From Patescibacteria group bacterium (GTDB lineage Bacteria > Patescibacteriota > Patescibacteriia > UBA10025 > JAHIVO01): 64,000 bases of DNA. The position numbers were made by a program, and so were the translations under genes. Where the stretch lies: NCBI GenBank assembly GCA_041660605.1, contig JBAZWB010000001.1, positions 814,503 through 878,502 of the forward strand, read 5' to 3'. Below are positions 1 through 8,518 of the stretch, piece after piece (within the stretch, counting starts at the first letter, position 1; every line of letters starts with the position of its first letter). Below the pieces are notes generated by a model. That model was given only the letters and a program-made list of their open reading frames with translations. It was not told the origin of the DNA and searched no databases.

Positions 1-2
1 AC

Positions 3-1859
3 ATACTGGACACCATCATCCAGGGAGAGACTCTTAAAGAAAAAATAAACCCATTGAAAGCTTTTTCTAATATTGTAAGCGGTACGCTTGATAATAATGA
101 TGATCTCCTGTTTTGCACTCCCAGTATGTTCGACTTCCTTTCGCAGGAAAAATTAAAACGCGTTATCAAGGAGCATAGTCCTGCCCAGGCAATAAGCATG
201 CTTGACCAGATTCTGACAGAAAATGTTACAAACACTTCTTTTGGAGCGATAATTATTAAATTAGCCACGGAGCAGATCACGCAGCCAGCCAATGCGACAG
301 TGCTCAGTACGGCGACGCCTGTGGTCAGTTCAGTCTATCAAAACTCACAATCTTCGATGGAAAGTCTTGCTCAGAAGCAGGAAATTACGGATCAGGTGAT
401 GTCGCCTTCACTAACCAGATATTTTTCTCAGATGCTGCACCGTTTTTCCTCCAAAATCAGCAAGTTCATCAAACTAAAAGTTTTCAAGCAGTCGCCGCGC
501 CGCATTCAATTCAGCCAGCAAATACGCCAATATCAGCCTGCTCAGCAGCCCAATAACCAGGAACACAGTAACATAGCCAGTTTAGGCAGGACTGCTTCCA
601 GGGGTGGGCGCTCAGTTGTAAATATTATTTCAAAATCAATGGCTGCGCTTTTTTCTCTGGCTAAGCGCAAGGAAGAAATTAAAGGCCAAGTCAAAAGCGT
701 GCCTACTAAATTTTCCCAGAAAATATCCAATTCCCTGTTGCGCTTCAACAGATTGCCTGGATTGAGCAAAATAATACTAGGGCTGGTTGTTGTGATTGCC
801 TTTGTGCTGGCCCAAAGTTTTTTTAGCCAGGCTGCTTCCAACCAAAAAAATCAGCAAGGCGTTGAATTCGACAGCACAGTCTCCTCTATCTCTCAAAATA
901 TTCTGAAAGCGGAGGCCGCCTTGTCTTACGGAAACGAACAAGGCGCTAAGGATTTGCTGACTGAAGCGCAGACACTGGTCTCTCAGCTGCCAAAAAATAA
1001 TAAGGACCAGGAAAATAAGATCAATGAACTGACTAATAGTATCAATATCCAGCTGGAGAAAACCCGCCACCTAACCAATGTCGCACTGACGGAAATCGCC
1101 TCTATAACCGACCAGAATCAGCCAGTCAATGTGAAGGATTCAGCTTTGCTGAATAGCACTATCTATACTTTTGATCCGGCTAAAAAAACAATTTACGGTA
1201 TTAATCTGGACAACGCTGAAATTAACAGCTGGCCGCAGGCTGAAGATCAAAGCGCCTTCCAATACCTCATACCCCAAACTGCCAATACGCTATTATTTTT
1301 TAATACTGCCAACAGTTTAGCGGAATTTAACACCGACAAGGAGACGCTGAAAAATCTGAGTATAACTTTTCCCAATAGTGACGTAAATATCGCCAGTATT
1401 TATATTTATCAGAGCCGTCTCTATTTGCTTGATATAAAAAATAACCAGATCTACCGTGCCGCTAAGACCGCCAACGGCTACGGCTCCGTCACTTCCTGGG
1501 TGAAAGACGACACTTCCCTGGCGAACGCCAAATCACTAGCTGTTGATGGATTTGTCTACGTGCTGGATAAAAACGGCACTCTGACCAGAATGTTTCAGGG
1601 AGCCCGCCAAAACTGGAAATTAGACGACGTCAATCCGCAACTCAATAATGCAGATAAAGTCTGGACTGATCAAAGCTCTACCAATATTTATGTCATGGAC
1701 ATAAAGGGAAAGAGGATTGTGGAATTTAATAAAAATGGCCAGCTGCAAAACCAATATACGAATGACTCCCTGTCCAATCTTAAGGATTTTTCTGTTGACG
1801 TAGCCGGCAAAAAAATCTTCGTACTTAACGGCAATAAAATTTCATCTTTTCCAATTTAA
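3..1859 (+). CDS. Membrane protein, 5'-truncated by the window: degenerate PP2C-like N-terminal region, one TM helix, helical linker, C-terminal NHL-like beta-propeller
   Basis: The frame is open from base 3, upstream of the TTG at 54. DDLLFCTPSMFD resembles PP2C GDxLLLCSDGL. TM segment IILGLVVVIAFVLA; blade-like repeats LYLLD, FVYVLD, IYVMD, KIFVLN. Confidence 0.6.
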   Translation: MLDTIIQGETLKEKINPLKAFSNIVSGTLDNNDDLLFCTPSMFDFLSQEKLKRVIKEHSPAQAISMLDQILTENVTNTSFGAIIIKLATEQITQPANATVLSTATPVVSSVYQNSQSSMESLAQKQEITDQVMSPSLTRYFSQMLHRFSSKISKFIKLKVFKQSPRRIQFSQQIRQYQPAQQPNNQEHSNIASLGRTASRGGRSVVNIISKSMAALFSLAKRKEEIKGQVKSVPTKFSQKISNSLLRFNRLPGLSKIILGLVVVIAFVLAQSFFSQAASNQKNQQGVEFDSTVSSISQNILKAEAALSYGNEQGAKDLLTEAQTLVSQLPKNNKDQENKINELTNSINIQLEKTRHLTNVALTEIASITDQNQPVNVKDSALLNSTIYTFDPAKKTIYGINLDNAEINSWPQAEDQSAFQYLIPQTANTLLFFNTANSLAEFNTDKETLKNLSITFPNSDVNIASIYIYQSRLYLLDIKNNQIYRAAKTANGYGSVTSWVKDDTSLANAKSLAVDGFVYVLDKNGTLTRMFQGARQNWKLDDVNPQLNNADKVWTDQSSTNIYVMDIKGKRIVEFNKNGQLQNQYTNDSLSNLKDFSVDVAGKKIFVLNGNKISSFPI

Positions 1860-1870
1860 TATCTCAGAAT

Positions 1871-1912
1871 AAAAAAAACCGCCGTTTATCTTGATTCGGC
1901 GATTTTTTTATT
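1871..1912. terminator. Bidirectional intrinsic terminator
   Basis: A-tract, CGCCG/CGGCG stem and T-tract between convergent genes. Confidence 0.65.
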
Positions 1913-1918
1913 TATCGT

Positions 1919-2350
1919 TTATTTAAGAGTAACCTGTGCGCCGGCTTCTTCCAGTTTTTTCTTCAGTTCAGCGGCTTCTTCCTTGGTGGCGCCTTCCTTT
2001 ATCACTTTCGGCGCCGCATCAACCATATCCTTGGCGTCTTTAAGCCCTTTTTGCGTAATTTCACGCACGACTTTAATGACGGAAATTTTATTGCCGCCGA
2101 CGGCAGTCAGCTCCACATTGAAGCTTGATTGCTCCTCCGCAGCCGCTCCCGCTTCACCAGCGCCGGCTGCAGCCACGGCTACCGGAGCCTGGGCTGAAAC
2201 GCCGAATTTCTCCTCTAAAACTTTTACCAGTTCTGCCAGCTCCATGACTGATAGTTTCTCAATCTCGGAAACCAGGCTTTTGAATTTTTCCGGCACTTCG
2301 GCTTTTTTTTCTTCAGTGGCCGGTGCGTCCTTTTTTGGTTCTTCTGTCAT
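1919..2350 (-). CDS. rplL: 50S ribosomal protein L7/L12
   Basis: [51 protein letters not shown]. Confidence 0.98.
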   Translation of the reverse strand: MTEEPKKDAPATEEKKAEVPEKFKSLVSEIEKLSVMELAELVKVLEEKFGVSAQAPVAVAAAGAGEAGAAAEEQSSFNVELTAVGGNKISVIKVVREITQKGLKDAKDMVDAAPKVIKEGATKEEAAELKKKLEEAGAQVTLK

Positions 2351-2373
2351 ATTTTTTGCACTTTAATAGTTAA

Positions 2374-2907
2374 TTATTTATTCAATGCTTTTGAATCTTT
2401 AATGGCGTTCAGGGCATACAGCAAGCTCCGCAAGTTCCCGGCCAGTACGTTGACCAGACCGGATAAAGGATAATTTATCAGCCAGACCAGCTTGCCATAC
2501 AATTCTTCCTTACCGGGCAGAGCAGCCAGCTTCTTGATTTCCGCCGCATCAACGAATTTTCCCTGAAAAATACCGCCGACTAATTTTAAAGCGTTATTCT
2601 TCTTAGCAAATTTGCTTAATATTTTAGCCGGCATAATCTCGTCATCATAGCCGAAAGCCGCACCCAGACCGCCATGCAATGTATCAATATCAATGCCTTT
2701 TAAATTTGCCTGCTGTAAAGCTAGTTTTAACAGCGTTTTTTTAGTTACCGTGTAGTCAATCTTTGCTTCCCGCAAGATATTGCGCAATTCAGTAGTCGCC
2801 TTTACATTCAGACCGTCAAAGCTGGTAAAAACCACAACTTTGATTTTAGCGAGCTTATCGCTTAGGCTTTTTACTGATTCTTGCTTTTGTACTTTAGTTT
2901 TTGCCAT
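2374..2907 (-). CDS. rplJ: 50S ribosomal protein L10
   Basis: GLNV...LR, KKTLLKLAL, LAALPGKEEL; directly upstream of rplL. Confidence 0.97.
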   Translation of the reverse strand: MAKTKVQKQESVKSLSDKLAKIKVVVFTSFDGLNVKATTELRNILREAKIDYTVTKKTLLKLALQQANLKGIDIDTLHGGLGAAFGYDDEIMPAKILSKFAKKNNALKLVGGIFQGKFVDAAEIKKLAALPGKEELYGKLVWLINYPLSGLVNVLAGNLRSLLYALNAIKDSKALNK

Positions 2908-2940
2908 ATATTATTAGATGATTTTAATAATGTTGAATAT

Positions 2941-3045
2941 AAAAAATCTGTGAGAAGGCCACAGACTAAAATAATGCTTATTTGCCTCGGCGGGTTTTAT
3001 AATCTCTTTGGGAGAAATACCCACTGTCTGTGGCGATATTTATGT
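2941..3045 (-). promoter_or_regulatory. L10-leader ribosomal protein autoregulatory RNA with terminator and antiterminator
   Basis: The minus strand reads GCCACAGACAGTGGG...TAAAACCCGCCGAGG (L10-leader core), then terminator TCTGTG-gccttct-CACAGA-T6. The 5' GCCACAGAC can alternatively pair with GTCTGTGGC. Confidence 0.85.
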
Positions 3046-3052
3046 TATTCAC

Positions 3053-3080
3053 AGTATATCAGACAAAATAACAATGTCAA
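3053..3080 (-). promoter_or_regulatory. Sigma70-type promoter of rplJL
   Basis: TTGACA-N16-TATACT with extended TG, just upstream of the L10 leader. Confidence 0.6.
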
Positions 3081-3775
3081 GCGATTGTCGTACCCTGGTA
3101 TCTTTTACCCGCAATAATGGACCTTAGATTGGGCAGATCATTACCAAGGCATATAACTACAGACAAACCAATTTTTTGTGCTAATTTTGAAGCTTCTGGG
3201 TCAAACGGGACATGCGCACCTGGTTTCCACTTCTTACCAGTCAGCTTTAATAAATTGTCCCAGGACATTTTTTCTATTTTTTTTGCCGTTCTATCCTTAT
3301 GCGGGTCTGCAGTATAAACATATTTAATGTTTGAAAGATTGATCAGCGTCATCGCCCCGTATGTCCTAGCCAGCATTACCGCATCTTTGTCCGAGGAACA
3401 GCCTGGCTTCCAGCCAGAACCAATTAAAATTTTCCTGGGGGTTGATGCTTTTTTATTCGGATTATCCAAAATCTTCGGATACGCATAGGAACTGAAAATT
3501 GCGCGCACTAACTCCGCATTATATTTAGTCGCGGATATGCCTATCCAATCAAGATCATTTGAGCTAATTTTTGGATTAACTTCTTGCGCTCCTTTCTGAT
3601 AATGGCGGCAGATCTCCCCTCCTCCGGTAACTATTATAAAACGATAGCCATTTTTTACTAATCCTAAAATCAATAATTTAAATTTTTTTAAATACGCTGT
3701 GTTAATGTTGCCCGGAATGATAATGGACCCGCCAAGCGACAACACAACCGTCTTTTTTATTTTGCCATACGCCAT
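3077..3775 (-). CDS. pyrH: UMP kinase (archaeal-type)
   Basis: VLSLGGS, VTGGG, DWIGISAT, GWKPGCSSD, YVYTADP, PFDP. Confidence 0.93.
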   Translation of the reverse strand: MAYGKIKKTVVLSLGGSIIIPGNINTAYLKKFKLLILGLVKNGYRFIIVTGGGEICRHYQKGAQEVNPKISSNDLDWIGISATKYNAELVRAIFSSYAYPKILDNPNKKASTPRKILIGSGWKPGCSSDKDAVMLARTYGAMTLINLSNIKYVYTADPHKDRTAKKIEKMSWDNLLKLTGKKWKPGAHVPFDPEASKLAQKIGLSVVICLGNDLPNLRSIIAGKRYQGTTIA

Positions 3776-3794
3776 ATTTCTATATGCTACTTTT

Positions 3795-4844
3795 TTAATC
3801 CAAATACTTCTTTTTATTCTGCAGGTGCTCTTCGTAAGTTTTGCTGAAAACCGTCGTATCGTCCGGCTTGGTCAGAAAATAAAAATAGTCAGTTTTTTCC
3901 GGATAAATGGCCGCTTTTATAGCATCAATTGATGGATTACAAATCGGACCCGGCGGTAGACCTTTGTATTTGTAGGTATTATAAAGACTGTCAACCTTGA
4001 TATCACTTGAAGATGGCTGTGTGTCACCTCCGCCGGTTACATAATTAACGGTTGCATCGGATTGCAAGGCTACTCCGCTATTTAATCGGTTGTAAAAAAC
4101 ACCTGCCGCAACATTTAAATCATTATTTATCGGTTGGCCCTTTATCCGTTTAATTTTTATTTCTTTCTCTAAAATAGAAGCTAATGTGACAATTTGGTAG
4201 ATATTCATGTTGTCCGCGGCAGCATCTTCGACCATCTGATCAGTAAATTTCACGCCAAAATTATTAAGCTGACGCTCAATTATTTCTGCCGAAGTAGTAC
4301 TTTTGAAAATGCGATAGGTATCGGGAAATAAAAATCCCTCCAGCCCCTGGTCGCTGGGCTTATCTGCCAGAAAAGTATATTGTTTGTCAGGAATGATATT
4401 ACGTGTATCCGTAGTTAAAGCGGTGGCGGTAAAATCTTCCTTTGTCACCACGCCTTTTTCCTGAAGATAATCAGCGATGTCTGCGATCTTCCAGCCTTCC
4501 TTAATTGTAATCGCTTCTTCAGAAGGCGGACTGCCGCCGGTCAACGCCTGAACCATTTCCTTAATATTCATATTTTTTCGCAAACCGTAATCCCCGGCAA
4601 TAAATTTTGATTCTGATTTATCCAGAAAAACATATGTCTCAAACCACCAGGCGCTGCGGATAATCCCCTGTTCATCCAGATTTGCGGCAATTTCCTTGAC
4701 CCCCTGGCCTTCGGCGATGGTGAAAATCAATTCATCCTCCGAGGAAGAAACCGGCAGGCTTACCTGATTCCAAAAATAAAGACCTCCCAGGAGCCCGGCG
4801 CCTAAAATCGCTAAAAAAAATATTAATATTATATTCTTGAACAT
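3795..4844 (-). CDS. mltG: Endolytic transglycosylase MltG
   Basis: N-terminal TM, LEGFLFPDTY, LASILEKE, LQSDAT, YNTY..GLPPGPICNP. Confidence 0.96.
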   Translation of the reverse strand: MFKNIILIFFLAILGAGLLGGLYFWNQVSLPVSSSEDELIFTIAEGQGVKEIAANLDEQGIIRSAWWFETYVFLDKSESKFIAGDYGLRKNMNIKEMVQALTGGSPPSEEAITIKEGWKIADIADYLQEKGVVTKEDFTATALTTDTRNIIPDKQYTFLADKPSDQGLEGFLFPDTYRIFKSTTSAEIIERQLNNFGVKFTDQMVEDAAADNMNIYQIVTLASILEKEIKIKRIKGQPINNDLNVAAGVFYNRLNSGVALQSDATVNYVTGGGDTQPSSSDIKVDSLYNTYKYKGLPPGPICNPSIDAIKAAIYPEKTDYFYFLTKPDDTTVFSKTYEEHLQNKKKYLD

Positions 4845-4870
4845 TATTTTCTTGCCTTATGATTCATTAG

Positions 4871-5947
4871 TTATAATAATTTTTTAATCCTATGCTTCTC
4901 CAATTTTTCTACAATTTTTTTTACATCCTGCGCTTTTTCCTTGGGACAAACCAGCACGCAGTCTTCCATATCAATTATTATCATGTCCTTGACGCCAGCT
5001 GTCGCTATCAGCCGGCCCGAATACCCGTATATAAGATTATTCTCCGAATCAACCGTGATCGCCTGGCCTTTTATTACATTATCTTTTTCATTATTAGCCA
5101 AAACATCCTTAACTGCGCGCCAATGTCCGATATCCGTCCAGTCAAAATCCGCCGGGATAACGATTATTTTTTTGGTTTTTTCCATTATACCATAATCTAT
5201 GGAGATCGGTTTTATTTTGGCAAACTCCTTTATTAACACCTGATTTTCCCGCGATGTGCCGATGGCCGAATGAATTTTCATCAGAATTTGGTAATGCTGG
5301 GGCAAATATTTCTTGAACAAACTCAAAAGATAGTCAACGCGCCAGCAAAACATCGCCGGATTCCACAGATAATCCCAGCGCTTCATGTATTTTTTTGCCG
5401 TCGGCAAATCCGGTTTCTCAATAAATTTTTCTCCGTAAAAAATTTCGTCATTTCCTGCCTGGCGGAATAATTTATTGATTTTAATGTACCCATAGCCGGT
5501 CTCCGGATAAGTCGGTCGGATTCCCAATAGTAAAGTTTGCTCGGGATTCTTACTGACTATTTTTTCCGCCAGCCGGAGAAGACGGATATATTCTTTTATA
5601 TTTTTTATGTAACCGTCGGAATTGGCCATCATCATCACTTCCTGGGGATTCTTTTTCGCCAGATAAACCGCTGCCAGACCGATAGCCGCCGCCGTGTCCT
5701 TTTTCGCCGGCTCAAGAATGTAATTTACTTTGGGCAGGCCAGGAATCTGATTTTGGATAAAATTTTTCTGCTTGATATTACTGGAGATAAAAATATCTTT
5801 TGGCAAAAAACCCGTCCTGATGCGGTTATAGGTTAATTGCAACAATGTTTTATTACCGATAAACGGCTGAATCTGCTTGGGCCGATTTTTTCTGGAGACC
5901 GGCCACAGCCGCGTACCTCCGCCTCCCGCTAAAATCATTATTTTCAT
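4871..5947 (-). CDS. manC: Mannose-1-phosphate guanylyltransferase
   Basis: ILAGGGGTRLWPVSR..PKQ, PETGYGYI, FIEKP, SIDYGIMEK, WTDIGHW. Confidence 0.92.
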   Translation of the reverse strand: MKIMILAGGGGTRLWPVSRKNRPKQIQPFIGNKTLLQLTYNRIRTGFLPKDIFISSNIKQKNFIQNQIPGLPKVNYILEPAKKDTAAAIGLAAVYLAKKNPQEVMMMANSDGYIKNIKEYIRLLRLAEKIVSKNPEQTLLLGIRPTYPETGYGYIKINKLFRQAGNDEIFYGEKFIEKPDLPTAKKYMKRWDYLWNPAMFCWRVDYLLSLFKKYLPQHYQILMKIHSAIGTSRENQVLIKEFAKIKPISIDYGIMEKTKKIIVIPADFDWTDIGHWRAVKDVLANNEKDNVIKGQAITVDSENNLIYGYSGRLIATAGVKDMIIIDMEDCVLVCPKEKAQDVKKIVEKLEKHRIKKLL

Positions 5948-5991
5948 AAAAATCCTTTTAGTGAATATTTCAAATTATTGACATAAGGCGA

Positions 5992-6624
5992 TCATTCCCC
6001 CCACTTTTTCGGAATCAAAGGGACAAATTGAAATCCCGGATGCCTTTTCTCATCATAATCAGTATCAGAGATCTTCTCCAGCTCAACCATCTCCTGTTCA
6101 TATTTACCGACAGGGATAACCAGCTTACCGCCAATTTTTAACTGCTTCAATAAGATATCCGGTATGCCAATTTCCGCGGCGGCTGCCACAATGATTCTAT
6201 CATACGGAGCAGCTTTAGCGTAACCCTTTGTGCCGTCGGCGCAAATAAACTCAACATTCTTAAAGTTATATTTATGGATATTCTCTTCGCCAATTTTTTT
6301 TAAATTTGGAATTCGTTCAACAGCATAGACACGCCCTGCTGGACCGACAATTTCTGCCAGCAGCGCCGTCTGCCAGCCAGAACCGGAACCAATATCTAAA
6401 ATTTTCTCGTCAAATTTCGGCTGCAGCAGCTCCAGCATAAAGGCCACCGTCAAAGGCTGCGAAATAGTCTGCCCATGGCTGATAGGAAGTGGTATATTCA
6501 GCTCCGCCTGATCTTTCATTTCAATTGGTAAAAAGTCTTCCCTTTTTATTTTCTTAAAAGCATTGATGATGCGTATTGATTTTAAAAATCCTTCATCAAT
6601 TAAATTTTGAATCGGCTCCTCCAT
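5992..6624 (-). CDS. pcm: Protein-L-isoaspartate O-methyltransferase
   Basis: GQTISQP, ILDIGSGSGWQTA, APYDRIIVAAA, LVIPVG, FVPL. Confidence 0.96.
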   Translation of the reverse strand: MEEPIQNLIDEGFLKSIRIINAFKKIKREDFLPIEMKDQAELNIPLPISHGQTISQPLTVAFMLELLQPKFDEKILDIGSGSGWQTALLAEIVGPAGRVYAVERIPNLKKIGEENIHKYNFKNVEFICADGTKGYAKAAPYDRIIVAAAAEIGIPDILLKQLKIGGKLVIPVGKYEQEMVELEKISDTDYDEKRHPGFQFVPLIPKKWGE

Positions 6625-6684
6625 ATTGATTTTTCCTTTAAATTATGATATAATGTATTTATAAAATAAAAATCAAAACAAATA

Positions 6685-7488
6685 ATGCATATAATTGACC
6701 GAAAAAAATATTTTGGTATTTTGGTAGGCTTTGGTTTTTGCCTGCTTTTTTTATTGCCTCAATCTGCGGCTGCCCAGATTTATGACGCTAAAAGTATTTT
6801 TCAATTAATCAATCTGGAACGCCAAAAATATAATGCTGGCACACTTTCGGAAAATACTCTGCTGGAGCAGGCGGCTGTAAATAAAGCAAACGATATGGCG
6901 GAAAAAAATTATTTTACGCACCAATCGCCTATCGGTAAAATGCCCTGGGACTTTGCGGTTGAAGCGGGCTATCGATACAGCATTCTGGGAGAAAATCTGG
7001 CAATCGATTGGCCAAGCGCCGCAGAAGTTGTACAGGCCTGGATGGACAGTCCCTCGCACAAAAAAAATATTCTCAATTCTGAATTTTCAGATACCGGCAT
7101 AGCGGTAATAAATTATAATGGCCATTTTCTGGTTGTTCAGATTTTTGGTAAAGCAAACGAAGTTCAAAATGATATAGTCCCAATAACCTTACCGGCCGTA
7201 ACCTTGCCAGCAGTACCGGCTGAAAAAACCACCACTAATCTAATAATCAAGCCCTCTAGCGCTTCGCCGATTGTAAATGAACAAAGTCAATTAACTGTAA
7301 CCTCCATTATAACAAATAAACTAATACCGGAAAATATGGCAGTCCTTGGGGCCAATAATACAAAAAAATCACCGCCTGACACCAACACCATGTCTCAACG
7401 GAATCTTACCCAATATTTAATTGCCACCACCTTTTTTCCTTTAGCCCTTGGATTGTTTGTTTTAAATAATCCAGCCCATCCAAGGTAA
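6685..7488 (+). CDS. CAP (SCP-like) domain surface protein with C-terminal TM
   Basis: Signal peptide, INLER, KANDM..NYFTH, GENLA, WMDSPSHKKNIL. Confidence 0.9.
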   Translation: MHIIDRKKYFGILVGFGFCLLFLLPQSAAAQIYDAKSIFQLINLERQKYNAGTLSENTLLEQAAVNKANDMAEKNYFTHQSPIGKMPWDFAVEAGYRYSILGENLAIDWPSAAEVVQAWMDSPSHKKNILNSEFSDTGIAVINYNGHFLVVQIFGKANEVQNDIVPITLPAVTLPAVPAEKTTTNLIIKPSSASPIVNEQSQLTVTSIITNKLIPENMAVLGANNTKKSPPDTNTMSQRNLTQYLIATTFFPLALGLFVLNNPAHPR

Positions 7489-7513
7489 CTGATTCATAAT
7501 TATTTTACTAGTT

Positions 7514-7543
7514 TCGTGCATTGCACAAATGCACGATTTTTTT
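7514..7543 (+). terminator. Intrinsic terminator
   Basis: TCGTGCATT-gcaca-AATGCACGA followed by T7. Confidence 0.8.
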
Positions 7544-7939
7544 ACTGAAAAGTTAACCAATATAGCATTATCAATACCTTTTACTGCTTAGCATTACCGG
7601 TTGGTTAATTTTTTAATTATTTGGCTTAATAATAACTTAATCATGGATATTTTATACTGAGTTGGCTATGCGCAAATTATATATATTTTTAAACGGAAAC
7701 CTGCCAGGCAGCCATTAATAATATAAAAAATTAATAAACCATGCTTTACAATCTTTTTCAAAATAAACACACTATTTCAGTAAACTATTTAAGTAATATT
7801 GATCTAAGCGTGTTTATTTTGGCAAAGGTCGAAGATCAGCCGTTAATACCGGCTGTTTTTATTTTACCAACATCAATCCCTTAAACGGGTTAAAAATAAC
7901 GCTCTTTAACTAATACGTCTAATTAATAAGGAAAACATT

Positions 7940-8449
7940 ATGAAAAAATTAATTCTCTCATTATCAATCTTCTCAGTGTTTGCTTTAGCATTCACTATTG
8001 CCTCACCAGTCTCAGCTTTCAGCTGGCACTTTAACAGAGGCACAACTGTCGTCAGCTCCAACGAAGCTTCAGTAGGAAATACCGTGAATGCCATGTCTAA
8101 CACTGGCAGCAATACTGCTGAAGACAACGACGATGGAACATCAATCGTGACAGGCCCGGCTACCTCCATGATTGACCTGCAAAACGGGATCAATGATAAC
8201 TCCACCATATTGAGACTGCGCGGCAGAATCGGCAGCTTGAAAGTTATCAGCAAAAACTCTGCTGAAGTAATGAATGTTACTACATCCACGGCAGATACCG
8301 GTAACAATACAGCAAACGAAAATGATGATGATACGTCAGTCACAACCGGTGAAGCTGCCTCAGGGATTACTATTGCCAACATGGTCAATTCGAACATGAC
8401 CAGAATTTTTAGCTCTTCTCATTTCCATCATTTCGAAGACGTTGAATAA
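7940..8449 (+). CDS. Secreted Asn/Thr/Gly repeat protein (two NTGxNTA..N..TG.A repeats)
   Basis: Signal peptide ending VSA; repeats NTGSNTAEDNDDGTSIVTGPA and DTGNNTANENDDDTSVTTGEA. Confidence 0.8.
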   Translation: MKKLILSLSIFSVFALAFTIASPVSAFSWHFNRGTTVVSSNEASVGNTVNAMSNTGSNTAEDNDDGTSIVTGPATSMIDLQNGINDNSTILRLRGRIGSLKVISKNSAEVMNVTTSTADTGNNTANENDDDTSVTTGEAASGITIANMVNSNMTRIFSSSHFHHFEDVE

Positions 8450-8456
8450 TCAGCGT

Positions 8457-8500
8457 TAATGAAGGGAGAGGACAAGCCCGCTTGTCCTACTCCTTTATTA
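8457..8500 (+). promoter_or_regulatory. Intercistronic stem-loop (mRNA stabiliser or partial terminator)
   Basis: TAATGAAGGGA-g-AGGACAAGC-cc-GCTTGTCCT-ac-TCCTTTATTA. Confidence 0.65.
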
Positions 8501-8518
8501 ACCCTTAACCATAAGAAT

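Noticed and set aside
5992-5994. Alternative genetic code (TGA as Gly)
   Set aside because: TGA ends pcm, pyrH and other genes at their expected lengths.
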